DNA of 64,000 bases from Eledone cirrhosa (lineage: Eukaryota): positions 168,516,001 to 168,580,000 of the forward strand of contig OZ024740.1 of NCBI GenBank assembly GCA_964016885.1. Reading direction: 5' to 3'. This document shows positions 13,811 to 27,364 of this stretch, piece after piece. A model generated the notes under the pieces. It was given only the letters and a program-made list of their open reading frames with translations. It was not told the origin of the DNA and made no database searches. Numbering within the stretch: the first letter of the stretch is position 1; each line of letters opens with the position of its first letter. The position numbers were made by a program, and so were the translations under genes.

Positions 13811-14868
13811 ACAACTTTGTTCCCTCTTAAAAAAGGAAGAACTCATAGGACAATGTAATTCTAGACATTGTCTGACATCAAGAAAAAATAGTTACTCAGG
13901 AATATTTTTGATCATAGGGCTTTTCACTCTTTGGGCTAACCTGGGGCTGAAAAAGATACATTTGACAATGTAGCCATTGATATACAAAATGTCAGGATAG
14001 ATATGACTGGAATGCTTTCGATCATAGGTGTCCTTAATTGTGACTGAACAGGGTTAAAAAACAACAAATATTACCACTTAATATCAAATTAAAAAAAAAA
14101 ATCACCTGTTTATTTGTACTTTGCAGTACACTAATGAATAGCTTGAAGTCTTGGATTCTATCCATTTTCATTAATCTAATTGTCATTCATATTCCACATC
14201 TTTCATTAGTAAATTAATTGATACTCTATCTAGTTGCCTGATTAATTAAACATATTACTGAAATAAATTCGTTATTGATATTATTCTCAACACTGAACTT
14301 ATTTTTGTTTCTGTACAGATGTCCTCTTGCTGTTATCCTCTGTCAGTATTATATTGTAACAAATTAGCAAGTCCAACAGATGATAGTAATATGCAATTAG
14401 TCAGTTGTATTAAAAAAGAAAAATAAATATTACAAAAATGACAGCATGTTAAGGTGATAAAATCGTTATTCATAAAGTAGTATTTATTCTTGGTTGATTA
14501 ACTGTCTTAAATAGGGGTCAAAAATGATTTGCTGATCTGAAATGGTGACCTGCTGAATAACTTTGTTCACACAGTTACAATATAAAAAGACAAATATAGA
14601 AATTTTCAAAACTCTTTTCATCTCGGACATTAGAAACAAAGACTCCTTTTCATTTGATAAATAAATGCATACCAGTGGAAATTATATTTTGTTTTAAAAT
14701 GCAATTCCAAGGTAATATTGATTCATTTCTTAATAAAAATTTTACCTATATGTTTCTTTCCTCAAACATCTGTTTTAAGGAAAGTTTTTTTCCTTCTTGT
14801 TTCACCTATGGCTATAATCTTAATTCCCTTAAATTAAGTAGTTTTCTGATTTCAAGAGCAGTGTATCA

Positions 14869-14981
14869 TTAAATTTTCTGTTTTTCTCCTTCTTTTTCTT
14901 TTGTAACTCCCAATAAATTAAGTGGTTGCTGGGCGGCCTGCTGTATTGTTAGCTGCTTGTCACCTTGTTGGGACTGACTTC
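14869..14981 (-). CDS. Candidate terminal coding exon of an unknown gene
   Basis: Strong polypyrimidine acceptor TTTTCTTTTTTTATAG|GA; phase-1 frame SQSQQGDKQLTIQQAAQQPLNLLGVTKEKEGEKQKI*; AATAAA ~385 nt downstream. Confidence 0.3.
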
Positions 14982-16215
14982 CTATAAAAAAAGAAAATCA
15001 AAATCAAAAAAATATTGTTATAAAAAATACATAGGTGGCATTTTAGGCAAGTTAGTAGTTGTTTTTGACCTTACTAGAAATGAATTTGATTCTTTCTTTG
15101 TGGTTACTGTACAAAATGTAGGATATTGTACAAAATGTAGTCCAAAGATTAAAAAATAGTCTGAATTTGTAGAAAAATCAAACCAACCCAAACAGGAAAA
15201 GAAAATACAATGATATAATTTTAGGTAATATTAAATTTTGCTGATCTACAGTGTTTTTGTTTCTTTGTCTTCTTTTGTATTTATTTCTTAGTACTATTCT
15301 GAAACATGTTATAAGAACAATATTAAGTTTTCTTGAAAAATATCTTATGCCAGTTGACACTTTCAGACAAAAGAAAATTTGTATTTTTCTTTTAAGAATA
15401 TTAGATTTTCAGATATTTCATGCTGGAATCAGTTTTTGTGGAAGTTCAAATTTTAAACTTTTCAGAGTATTGACCCCCCCCCCCCCCCCCCCCAAATAAA
15501 AAGCACAAATGCACAGAGAAAAATTGGTAAAATTCAATGATAAAATGTGAAGTAATAAGGTTATATAGCTAAAATGTAAAATTTCAATTTTCTAAGTGTC
15601 AAGTGTTGAGATGATGACTGATAAATTTATGCAATACCGAAAATTAAAGTACTTCAAAGTTAGGATTATAACTACAAGATGCTTAAGGCTACAGCTCTAA
15701 CTGAATTGGGCCAATTAGAGAGATTCATCAGAGGTTTCCAAACTGAATATTGCTGACAAATTCTAGATGTGTTACAAAATTTAATAAAACTAGATCAATT
15801 TTTGTGAATATTCGGCTATATATTAATCTTATTTGTTAATTTTATGTTATTAAAAAAACTTAAATAAGATGTCACAAAAACTATATTTTTAAGAAGTGTA
15901 TCACCATTGTGAAAAGTTTTGAAAGCTCTGTTCTATATGGTTATTCTGAGGCAGGAAAAATGATATTGTTTTCACATCTAGAATGGTGCTGTTACTGGAT
16001 ATACAGACATCCAAGATTACATTGAAAGACAAATCACTTCACTGTTAGAGAAGAAGTTTCTGTCTCCCATCTGCCTTTTATACTAATACTACTTCAGTAG
16101 CCTCTTCTCCACAGAGCTGGCTGGTCTGGTGTCACCCACTCTTGTGCACCTGATTTACTTGTCTCTTCTCTTTACCATCAACATTGTTTCTGCCCCCCCC
16201 CCCCCTCATACTAAC

Positions 16216-16344
16216 CATTACATTGGAACATTCTTCCCTTGGACATCACTCCTCTGGAATTCCCCTGCATGTTTTCTTTTTGTTTTGCAACCATCAAACC
16301 TATAATTATTGCAAGGAGCATTAATGATATCAGCCATGGAAGTA
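16216..16344 (-). CDS. Candidate transmembrane-segment exon (possibly pseudogenic)
   Basis: Frame LPWLISLMLLAIIIGLMVAKQKENMQGNSRGVMSKGRMFQCN, CAG acceptor (weak) and G|GTTAGT donor, phase-compatible with 14869-14981. Confidence 0.3.
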
Positions 16345-17376
16345 CTGTCAATATTCATGTACAAGTTGCATCTTTTTCCACAAAAATACATGAAAAATCA
16401 ACATCTCACTTATCAACTGAACTTATAAATTCAAAATATATAGTAAATTGTAAATGTTTTATGTAAAATGAAGGGGCAACTTTATACAAATATGTGTGAT
16501 ACTATAAGTACATTTGGTAGGCAACAACAAGTGTTTTTAGGCTATATTCCCTGCCAAATGAAAAGTTAGCCTTGCAGACTTCATGTCAAGCTTAATCATA
16601 CTCATCCTGTAACCTTTTTGAAGCAATGTTTCATAGCCAGATGCCCTTTCTGATAAAACCTTTTTAGTCACCTTTAATGACATACAAGCATACAGTGTCC
16701 AATTTAGTATCCTTTAACGACACACAAGGATACCTTGTACCTATTCTAAACCAGATACACACAGCATATGGTACATTTTACATCCATTTTCCATACATTT
16801 ACAGCATGGTACATTGTAAATGATGTATATAAAATGCAGATGTGACTTAAAAATGAGTATATATTGAACTCCATTCACATTTGGTAAGATATCTTAAAAA
16901 GGATACTCTATTAAATCTTTATGTACAAGACCACAGAAGGCATACTATCATAGAAAATGTTGAAGATATGAAAAATTTTGTAATTTTGAAAAATCAATTT
17001 TATTTATCCAATATAGAATGTTTACATTATAAAGTGTGTTAAATACTGTATTATTTTTCCAGTAAGTCTTTGGAACAATTTATGTACAACTTAATCAATA
17101 TTCACTGTTATAGATGCAGGCATGACTGTGTGATTAAGAAGTTTACTTTGCAGCCACATAATTTCATGTTCCATCTCTTTGTGCAGCATCTTGGGCTAGC
17201 CAGTACTGCAAATTTGGTAAACAGAAACTATAGAAAACTCTGTTATAGCCCCCCCCCCCCCCCTAGATATATACATATTCATTTTATTCACTTTATCACA
17301 GGGTCATCAGACAAGTGTTCTTGTCTGTTATAGTCTTAGACCACACGCACACACACACACATATATTATATTTATA

Positions 17377-17652
17377 TCATCATCATCATCATCACCGTTT
17401 TACGTCCGTTCCTCCACGCTAGCATGGGTTAGACGGGTTGTCCTGTTGTGGGCAGTGCCTGGTCGGCTGACCTTGTCTTGCTCATACGGGAACTGATTCT
17501 GGCTTGATTTCTACAGCTGGATACCCTTCCTAACATCAACCTCATTTACAGTGAGTGCTGGGTGCTTTTTTTCCGTGGCGCCTGCACGTCCACTTTACAG
17601 TGCGGGCTGGGTCCTTTTTTGCCATGGCACCTCCACGACCACTTTGCAGTGG
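17377..17652 (-). mobile_element. RTE family C 3' UTR/tail fragment
   Basis: Close match to 45698-45975, including the (GAT)n tail. Confidence 0.85.
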
Positions 17653-17659
17653 AATGATA

Positions 17660-17820
17660 GGGACCCTAGTCCTATCATCTCATTTCTACAGCTGAGTAAA
17701 CTGGAGCAATGTGAAATAAAGTGTCTTGCTCAAGGAAACAACACAACAGCCGGTCCGAGTATTGAACTCACAACCTTTCGATTGCAAGCCCAATGCCCAA
17801 ACCACTAAGCCATGCGCCTT
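17660..17820 (-). mobile_element. tRNA-derived SINE head joined to the RTE tail
   Basis: rc reads GGCGCATGGCTTAGTGG (A box) ... GAGTTCAATACTC (B box), then TTGAGCAAGACACTTTATTTCAC. Confidence 0.65.
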
Positions 17821-18334
17821 ATATATAGTACAGATTAGGTCCTCACCAAGATTAAACTCATGACCATGACCTGAACCATTTCTAATGATTTACCACTAGA
17901 CCAACAAGCATTGTAGTTTGTTTATGCCTCACATAAACAGTATGTCTTGCAGTGTAGTGATTTGATAAAAATGAGCAGTATATACCATAGTTATAAATAA
18001 TGTCTGGATTGGCATCAGAAAGAATATCTCAGCATAGAAATACTACATCAAAATGTCTCATTCAGTTCATGCCACTATGGAAAAGCAGATGTAGAAATGA
18101 TGATTATGATAATGATTTTGTTGTATCGTTATGCTTGTTAGATACTCTCTGTGTTATATTTTTGTGTTAATGCAGCTACAAAACAGTGAATTATAAATTT
18201 TGCCTGTAAGCAAGTTTCTGAATGAAAGTGAGTCATTATTTACTCTCTTTTTAATTAGTTTCATTGTTTTTCTTTGAAACATGTAAATGAATTTGTTTTG
18301 CAAGGTTTTCGATATGAAATCGTGTGTTGAAACA

Positions 18335-20330
18335 GATATTGTTATATTTGGGGGGGATCATGTCTTAATATTGTCAAAAACACACTCACTGTTTGGTTGT
18401 TTTTTTGCTTCAGTTCAGTATCATCATCATCATCATCATCGACCATTTTTCCATGCTTGCATGGGTTAGTATATCTTTGTAGTTTTATAAATAATTTAGC
18501 TGACAATCAATGTTTATCATTGATTGACCAACAGTTAAAATTATAAATATAAATATAATTTCTCAAAGTTTCTCAAAGTTCTTTTGTCACACATATTTTT
18601 TTCTGTGATATCTTCAGTAATTTCCTCCTGTTGTGTTTCTATAATGTTTTTTGGTTGTCTCTGTGCACGCGTTTGTGTGTGTGTATTCTGTTTGGTGTGT
18701 GCTCATGTCTGAGTCTGCATGTGTTTATATGTTTATATTCTATCTTTGGTCACTAGTGTGTGTTTGTGTGTGGGTGTTGTTATTGTATCTGTGTATATTT
18801 ATATTCTTTTTTTGATCACTAGCCTGTGTTTGTGGATGGTTGTTGCTATTCCATTCATGTTTTCTGTTATCTTTTGCCTAGTCCTATCTTTACTATTCCA
18901 TGATTTTCTCCTGTACAATGGGAAAATCTTTTTCATCTCCATCTCTATGAGGGTTTTGTATTTCGCCATGGCGCTTTTGTACACCATGATCTTATCTCTT
19001 TAGCTGTAGCAAGAAAACTGCATGCGATGGATGAAGTGTTGTACGCGTCTTTCTAGTTCTGTTGGATCACACATTTGGGACACATTTTTCATCACTCTTA
19101 CTAAGTCCGCAATCAGGATATTAAACTTAGCACTATTGGACATCGCTTAGTTTTAGCAGAATGTGAGTGGAAGATTTGGGGCTTCTCATTTATAGTATGT
19201 AACCAGAGTTCAGTGTCTAATACTGGTAGTCTATTGTTAGAGTGTTTGGTAGGGTAGTTTATAGTTACTTTGATATGTTTGTGTATGGAGTTAGCTATTT
19301 ACTGGATGCTCTCCATGGTGTTAGCTTATAATTCAGGTTCATAGGTACTCTCTTGTAGGGGTCTTTTTCCTACTATATTAATGTCATCTATATAACAAGA
19401 GTACAAGATGAGGGCTATGGAGTTCTCTGCTAGGAGTTCTCTGAGTCTCCTTTCCCACCATACCATAAATAAGTTGGCAACATCGCCAGCTATGCTGGCG
19501 CTGATAGCCACTCATTCATCTTGGGTGTATGTTTTCTTATTAAATTTGAACATGTGGCCCTTTAGAGTAGTGTTAGTACTAGCCCCTACTGCATGTACGA
19601 TCATCTTTCTCACCATTATTCTTGGGTGTCCATATGGCTTTGGTCCATCTGTTCCATCTTCCTATGGGAGTCTTTTTTGCTATCTAAGTTATGGTAGGGG
19701 GTCTACCTCTTATTGGTCTACTGAAGCAGAAACTGATACGGTCATGATTGTCTAAATATTCTCTGTCACATGTAAGTTTAAGTAGGGGGCCCAATTCATC
19801 TGCGTCAACGTTACAGAACTCTATCTTGCTTTCACTGATTATCTCCACACATTCTCGCACAGAAAAATCAATGTCAGTGGATGGGTACAGGGACACTACA
19901 TCCATGTTGCCTATTATGCAGTTTGTCAAGTCTTCAGTGTGGTTGCAATTGCTGCTTCTGCTGAGGAGGTCCTCTGAGGACATCTTAATTATGGGGTGCA
20001 TAATCATAGAGAGGAAGTAGGAGATCCTTTAGTTGCTAGCTATATTAGCTCCACAGACAAGTCTTGTTGGTCGTCCTGTTATAGTTGTTTTATGGTCTTT
20101 GCCAAGCCCATACAGGGGTGGTGTGTCATTGTTAGAGGTTTGGAAGGGATGTTAGTCCACATCATCATGTGAGCATTGAGGATCCTTTCTCTTTCCTCAT
20201 GTATTTGTGGTGTTGTTTCACTCGTGTTGTTGAGTTGGAGTTGCATAGCTTTGATGTAATTCGGCATGCTGTCTTTTGACATTCTGCTGTCTATTGAAAA
20301 ATCCTTCACTAAAATCCGTTGTAATACGAA
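18335..20330 (-). mobile_element. Degenerate Penelope-like element (RT and 3' UTR)
   Basis: IIGNMDVVSLYPS, AISASIAGDVANLFM, YIDDI and RLPVLD RT motifs; 3' UTR shared with 35488-35730 and 49982-50292. Confidence 0.8.
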
Positions 20331-20360
20331 CATAAATAACAACAATAGAAATGGCAATGA

Positions 20361-20581
20361 TAATTATTTCTACTTTAGGCACTAGGCCAGCAATTTGAAG
20401 GGGAGGGGAAAGTCAATTAAATCAACCCCAGTGCATTACTCGTGTGTTATTTTATCGACCCTGTAAGGATGAAAGGCACAGTAAGTAACCATGGCAGGAT
20501 TTGAACTCAGAACGTAAAGGGCCATAACTCTATGCCGAAAATCATAGTGTCTGATGTTCTACCGATACTGCCAAAATGGCA
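20361..20581 (-). mobile_element. tRNA-derived SINE
   Basis: Same family as 6581-6776. Confidence 0.8.
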
Positions 20582-21417
20582 ATAATCATAACAATGAAGG
20601 TGGTAACATCGTCAACAACAATAACATTAAATATAGCAATAACAACAGCAATGACTATAGAAATAACTTCTTCTCCTCCTCCCCTCCTCCTCCTGTAAGG
20701 GTCATAGGGGCAGAGTTCTCAGACACCTTCCAGATGATGTAAACAAAGCTAACCCTGTTTATGAATGTTATTCTACCATCTTGCTTGTCTACTGCTTCAT
20801 GTCATGACAGTTGGCTTTGCTCAATGAATTACATCATTAAAAATTATATTAATGAAAAAATAAGAAAAAACATTTTGAGACATTTTGGCACAATTAAACG
20901 AAGAGCTAATTTATATGTATTCAATATCAACTATACAATTAAGGAAACTCTAATTATACAGTATCCCCCATACCTCTTTTTTATACGGATTTACATTTTG
21001 TTGAACTGGAGGATTAAAAGCAAGTGTCTTTCCTTAGAAGATAGCATTGTTATTGAATTGTCAGACTTTTTAGTTAGTAAGGTAGCCCATTATCGATTTA
21101 GCTTGCTATCATTCTTATAGTTAAGACGTTTTTCAAATATTTACTCAGTTATAAACGGAAAAATTGAAACGAAATTTCATTTCCCACTCTTAGTACGGCT
21201 GTTACTTAAATATAAGTATGTATACGTACATACATATATGTATACAGACGTACAGTAGTATGTATATATATATACATACATGCACACATATATATATGTA
21301 CGTATGGATTCACCGAACATTTATTATAATTCTCGGTGTGTTTGTAAACAAACATCCCGTATTAAGTCGTAGTGTTCTGCAACCATCGTTGCTCGTTTGT
21401 TCAACACTGACAAAGGA

Positions 21418-21460
21418 ACGCTGTACTAGTTTCAAGCTTATTAGCTATCGTCAGCAATGT
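21418..21460 (-). ncRNA. Minimal type-I hammerhead ribozyme (inverted unit)
   Basis: ACATTG-CTGACGA-TAGCTAATAAGCTT-GAAA-CTAG-TA-CAGCGT on the minus strand. Confidence 0.7.
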
Positions 21461-21693
21461 ATACCTTCCTACCAGATGATTGAACGTCTGAAAGTATGTA
21501 CGTATACATACTTATATTTAAGTAACAGCCGTACTAAGAGTGGGAAATGAAATTTTGTTTCATTTTTCCGTTTATCGTTTTCGGTGCATCCGGCCGATTA
21601 ACCCACTCGATATGCAAATTGGGCTACTCAGCCGTTAATATGCATAAGGAAAGTATATACTTTCAGACGTTCAATCATCTGGCAGGAAGGTAT

Positions 21694-21736
21694 ATGTTGC
21701 TGACGATAGCTAATAAGCTTGAAACTAGTACATCGT
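21694..21736 (+). ncRNA. Minimal type-I hammerhead ribozyme (unit 1)
   Basis: ATGTTG-CTGACGA-TAGCTAATAAGCTT-GAAA-CTAG-TA-CATCGT. Confidence 0.7.
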
Positions 21737-21875
21737 TCCTTTGTCAGTTTTGAACAAACGAGCAACGATGGTTGCTAGACACTACGGCTTAATACGGGAT
21801 GTTTGTTTACAAACACACCGAGCATTATAATAAATGTTCGGTGAATCCATACGTACATATATATATGTGTGCATG

Positions 21876-21947
<72 letters not shown>

Positions 21948-22173
21948 CTACTGTACGTCTGTATACATATATGTATGTACGTATACATACTTATATTTAA
22001 GTAACAGCCGTACTAAGAGTGGGAAATGAAATTCCGTTTCATTTTTTCTGTTTATCGTTTTCGGTGCACCCGGCCGATTAACCCACTCGATATGCAAATT
22101 GGGCTACTCAGCCGTTAATATGCATAAGGAAAGTATATACTTTCAGACGTTCAATCATCTGGCAGGAAGGTAT

Positions 22174-22216
22174 ACGTTGCTGACGATAGCTAATAAGCTT
22201 GAAACTAGTACAGCGT
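22174..22216 (+). ncRNA. Minimal type-I hammerhead ribozyme (unit 2)
   Basis: ACGTTG-CTGACGA-T AGC TAATAA GCT T-GAAA-CTAG-TA-CAGCGT; 6-bp stem I, palindromic ACTAGT stem III, GUA cleavage triplet. Confidence 0.8.
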
Positions 22217-23776
22217 TCCTTTGTTAGTGTTGAACAAACGAGCAACGATGGTTGCTAGACACTACGGCTTAATACGGGATGTTTGTTTACAAACACACCG
22301 AGCATTATAATAAATGTTCGGGGAATCCATACTTACATATATATATATGTGTGCATGTATATATATATACATACTACTGTACGTCTGTATACATATATGT
22401 ATGTACGTATACATACTTATACTCAGTTATATATAAGCTTGTTTGTTGCTGTCTTTTCTGTTAAGATGGGTTTTTGTACTTTTAGTGTCAATGAATTAAA
22501 TTACATAAACCTGTTCAATGTATTGTAATTATATTGAATAATTTGACTAGGCATTTTAGTTTTTAAAGAGACATCAAAGCATGAAAGAAATCTTATATAT
22601 AAGAAAACATACAATGATTTAAAACAGTGAAAAGAGAATTGTTGTTGTTTAGCCCAGATCAGCCATGATTGAGCACACCTATAATAAAAGACATTTTGTC
22701 TGTGACCATTATTCAGCAAGCCCTTTCTTCTCTGAGATGGCTAGGTGGGATCTAAGGGATATTTTGCTGTTGTTTTTAGCAGGTCAAACAAACAAGTAGA
22801 GGCGCTCGGAGAAAATTCATATTGCCTGATAAGCTTAAATAAAGTATGTAGATTGTCAGTTTTAGAAAGTATTATAATATATTGTGAGTGTTAAAGTTCA
22901 ATGAATGTTATCAGAGTCAACCAGGATAAGAATTATATGAAAAAAAAAATTGCTCTTGATATCTACAGAAACTTTTGTGTTCAGGGTTAAAAGCACTACT
23001 ATTAACGAGTCTTTGTTTATTAATACGATGTACTTGTTTAATAGTTACTGAAGTAAGTTAATCCAAGGAGTTTAATGGTATCAACTTGTGTTGTGGGAAC
23101 TTGTGAGTAGGAATATGCACTTATTTTTATATTGTCAATGAACTGTGAACTAAATTTTCCTGTCTTAAATATTCAATTCAATGATCGTAAATTAAGTGTA
23201 GGTTTTAATCAACTGTTATTTTTCACAAATTTGTCTTTTGGGGTCATTTGTTTCTTGTTCTGTCATCATAGATTAATAAAGTTTTATCAATGTATCATTT
23301 CACCTTCATTTTTTGTTTACTTCCATTTGTATAATGTTTTATAGTTTATTGTATCTGTTCTTGTACTTAACCTGATCTCTCATAGCACTTATAGTTTCTT
23401 TTGTCTTACAGGATAGTGTCCTTAATTATCATACTGTCTTTTTTCATTTATGAAGCAACATCTATTTACTTGAAGCAAATTAACATAGAGTTTTTCTCAC
23501 TACACCGTTATATTTAATGTTTTCCCATTATATTCAATGTATATATGTGTAGTGATATTTCTATGATGGTGATAATAATCTACTTACAGGAAAATGTTTA
23601 GTGCTACATTACTTGCAACACTGGAAATTTACTTTACAGCTAAAACATAACATTGTCAGCTGAAATAGAAAACAAATAGATTCAAATCTTAAATAAAAGC
23701 TTATTGTAATTTCTTAATCTTCATTCAGTGAAAAAGATTCACAGTATTAGCTAATATATATATGCTTTTGACTTTA

Positions 23777-23955
23777 TAATTGTTTCTACTTTTGGCCAGC
23801 AATTATCCCAGTTCATTACTGGTGCTTTATTTTATCGACCCCGTAAGGATGAAAGGCAAAGTTAACCTCGGCGGGATTTGAACTCAGACCATAAAGGGGC
23901 GTAACTCTATGCTGCAAAGCATGGCGTCCGACCTTCTACTGATACTGCCAATCCC
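23777..23955 (-). mobile_element. tRNA-derived SINE
   Basis: Same family as 31537-31723. Confidence 0.85.
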
Positions 23956-26331
23956 CCGTGATTTATAATGTTATATTTTGATAGTTTCTAGAATTATCTG
24001 ACCATTAGAAAAATTCTTCTGCACACTTATTTTTTTTCAGTATTCCTTAAGCAGAAACTACATGGGGTATATTTTAACTTGACACATCTGCCTCTAATTA
24101 GTATCTTATTCTGGGTCAACTTGTGAATTAAGTGATAATAATAATTTTTCTACACTGTCACAAGGTCACACATTATGAAAGTGGGCACAGCTGATTAAAT
24201 TGATCCCAGTATTTGAGTGGCACTTATATTTTAGTGACTCACATCCTCCTTAGAAAGATATGAACTCAGAATGCAAAGGGGTTTAACTAAATACTACTAA
24301 GCATTTTGTTTATCCCTCTACTGGTAAAACCAGTAATTATTTTGAGGAGGAGAACAAACAACTATATTGATCCAAGTAACTTGACTGATACTTTTCATTG
24401 CCCTCAAAAGAATGGATTTGAACTCAGAACACCATGAGACAGAAAAATACTGCAAGTGCAAATAATTTTACCCAATACTTTAGTGATTCTGCCAATCCAC
24501 AAGTAATAATTTACTTATAGCTCTAATATTTATAGAGCAGGGAATGTGAAAAGTTACAAAGTTCCTACCTTTCCCAAGAGACAAAATTACAAACTCTGGC
24601 AGCTGAGAACTAACTTGCTCGAGTAATGTAAATAATTTATAATACTAATGTGAATAATGATTTTAACACAAAGCCAGATTTGGGGAATTGTGATTTTGAA
24701 ACCTTTCTGGAGGATATTCTCCTGCTCCTCATCATCATCAACACTGCCTCCACCACTGCCACCACCACCGCTGTCGACACCACTCCTATTTTTCCATGAT
24801 TGCATGAATTAGATGTGATCCTTTTGGGGGCTAGTTTTTTATAGCTGGAAGCCCTTCCCTATGCCAGCTCATAGCTTATTCTAAATATAGAACTGGTGCT
24901 TCTTGAACTGCTTTGCAGCAGTGCATTTTATTTATACGTGACAAACAACTGTCACTGCAGGCTCTATATGCAGTATTGATAAGATGTTTGTGGCAACAAG
25001 CTTTCAAACATACACACACACACTATACATGGTAGGTGTCATAGTTTCCATCAACTAAATTAACTGAAGACACTTGCCATATGGTAGGATAGATCCCACA
25101 ATTATGAGGTTGTGAAATGAACTTCTTAACCACACAAACATGCCTGCAAATGAGGTGACATGGTTGTAACCAAGAATTAAAACCAGGTTACAGAATTGAA
25201 TAGCTGGGATTTTATTTCTGTACAATGAATACAGATTTTTTTTTTTCAGCACATGGCCACTTTTGTAAAAGGACAGGCTTTACTGAAATAAAATCTGTTT
25301 CTGTATTTTATTGCTATTTTTTTATTGACCCCAGAAGGAATTTTTTTTCAATACAATAGTGTAAAATTTCTTATCGTGATGGGCTACTTTTTGCATCAGC
25401 ACATCCACTATTTTATAAACAATAAGAGCAATACTTATAATAAAATGTACAAATTAACACTACACCAAGCTAAAGTACATGATATTGTAGTTGTTTATAT
25501 AGTAAAAGCATACACAGGGTATACAGAGTCACATGCTTTCGTACTCGTTTTATCAACTCTGGATGGATGAAAGGGAGTTGACAGTGTTGGGATTTGAACT
25601 TAAAATAGATGCAACTAATATTTCAAGGCATTTTTTCTCTGCCATTTTATTGATTTTGTCATTTACTCTCTTAGATAACAATATAACAATCCACCACAAA
25701 TAAAATTATAACTGAACTCAATGTTAAAAATAAAATTGATTGGAATACACCTCCTTTGGTTTCAGTAATTACTGTTCCAGTTGTTCTATCAATGGAACAT
25801 TCTACTTGAAAAATTAATGTGCAATTAGCTGAGCATGCCACAGGCACATGTAGCCTTATTGTAATTCTCAGGGAGATTTAGCATGAAACCATGTATTACA
25901 AGGCTGTCCCTTTGAATTACTGGGACTGTCCAACTAATGGTCTTCCAGACCAATTTCACTTACAGCCTGAGACTATGGTAAATGTTGCTTGCCCAAGATA
26001 GTGACATAAAAATTGGGACTTTGCAACTTGCTGCATCCACAGAAATATTATTATTACTGAACTCAGAACCATAAATATGATTATTACTGCACTCAATGCT
26101 AGAAATAAGGTTATTACTGAATTTATTGCCCCCCCCCCCATCCTAAAAGAATTAAAAGAAAAAACTGTAATCACTGCCACAAATAAGTGTAATAGAAAAC
26201 TTCTCTAAGTTCATTGTTTTTAATATTACTTAAAAAATATCTACATAGGGTGTATTTTGGACTTGAGACATTTGCTTCTAATTAGTATCCTATTCTGGGT
26301 CAACATATGAATTTTCCATGAGTTTCTTCTG

Positions 26332-26550
26332 ATAATAATGGTTTCTTATATAGGCACAAGGCCAGTAATTTGGGGGGAAGGGAAAGTCGATTAAATCGCC
26401 CCCAGTGTGTGACTGGTACTTTATTTTATCGACCCCCATAAGGATGAAAGGCAAATTAACCTCGGCAGGATTTGAGCTCATATCATAAAGAGCCGTAACT
26501 CTATGCTGCAAAGCATGGTGTCCGACCCTCTACCGATACTGCCAATCCAC
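26332..26550 (-). mobile_element. tRNA-derived SINE
   Basis: Same family; B box degenerate (GAGCTCAAATCC). Confidence 0.85.
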
Positions 26551-26699
26551 CGCTCTCAGTTTCTTCTGATAATAATGATTTCTGAGATCATCCCAAGGCT
26601 ACATATCATAGAGGGGGCATAGCCAATTAAATTCACTCCTGTAAAAGGATATAACAAAATACAAGACATTTTGTCTGCCCATAAAATCTGTCCATCGAT

Positions 26700-27345
26700 T
26701 CTTTCCTAAGACATTCTGACTACATGTCCTTAGCATCAGAACTGTGATCTCTCAATTTGGAGAAATAGCAACTATAACTGAGTGAGTCCCTGCTCTACAA
26801 GCTATGCACTCTATCAAGTAATGTTACTCCAAAGTCCCTTCAAAGACATCCTATTTCAGTTGCTTGTATGCTTTCAGTCGTTACCCAAGATTCATGAGCA
26901 GCAGTAAGGGTTGGCATGAATACCAAATTGAACATAGCAAATTTGGCCTTTATACCTACTTCCTTCTGATGACCAAATGCTGAAGCTGGAACATTACTGC
27001 ACCAGCTCCTGCAATTCTTGCACTTAATTCAGCCTCCTGTCTTCCATCACTTGTGAAAATAGTCCATAGATACTTGAAATTTTTCACTTGCTTCAATGAA
27101 ACTCCACTCACTCACATGTATAATTATAATGCGCAGGCTTCTTTGAAAGGATGAGTCTCTCTGTCTTCGCAGCACTGATTTTCATTCTTGCCATGCAGCA
27201 CTTGGCAACAAACTTATCAAGTGCATGATGGAGTTCACCTTCTAGTTCCATATCGTCTGCAAATTCCAACTGACTGATCCTACACCTGCCAGTCTTGATA
27301 CCACTTTCAGCCCAGCTGCACATGTCAATCCTGTTCATGGTATAC
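26700..27345 (-). mobile_element. RTE-like LINE, 3' part of RT
   Basis: ISQLEFADD..., QVKNFKYLWTIF motifs. Confidence 0.75.
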
Positions 27346-27364
27346 AGGAAATCGAGGACAGAGA

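Larger units (their letters stand above)
21154..22419 (+). mobile_element. Retrozyme-like non-coding element: one inverted partial unit plus ~1.9 tandem 480-bp units, with 12-bp TSD
   Basis: 21154-21497 is inverted relative to the tandem units 21494-22419; TACTCAGTTATA at 21142-21153 and 22420-22431; one hammerhead per unit. Confidence 0.85.

Noticed and set aside
13797-13830. CTGAAGA at the end of the plus-strand Penelope element
   Set aside because: No stem II/GAAA follows; at most a truncated ribozyme
21494-22419. CRISPR-like or simple satellite interpretation of the repeats
   Set aside because: Units are 480 bp without unique spacers, there are no cas genes, and the context is eukaryotic
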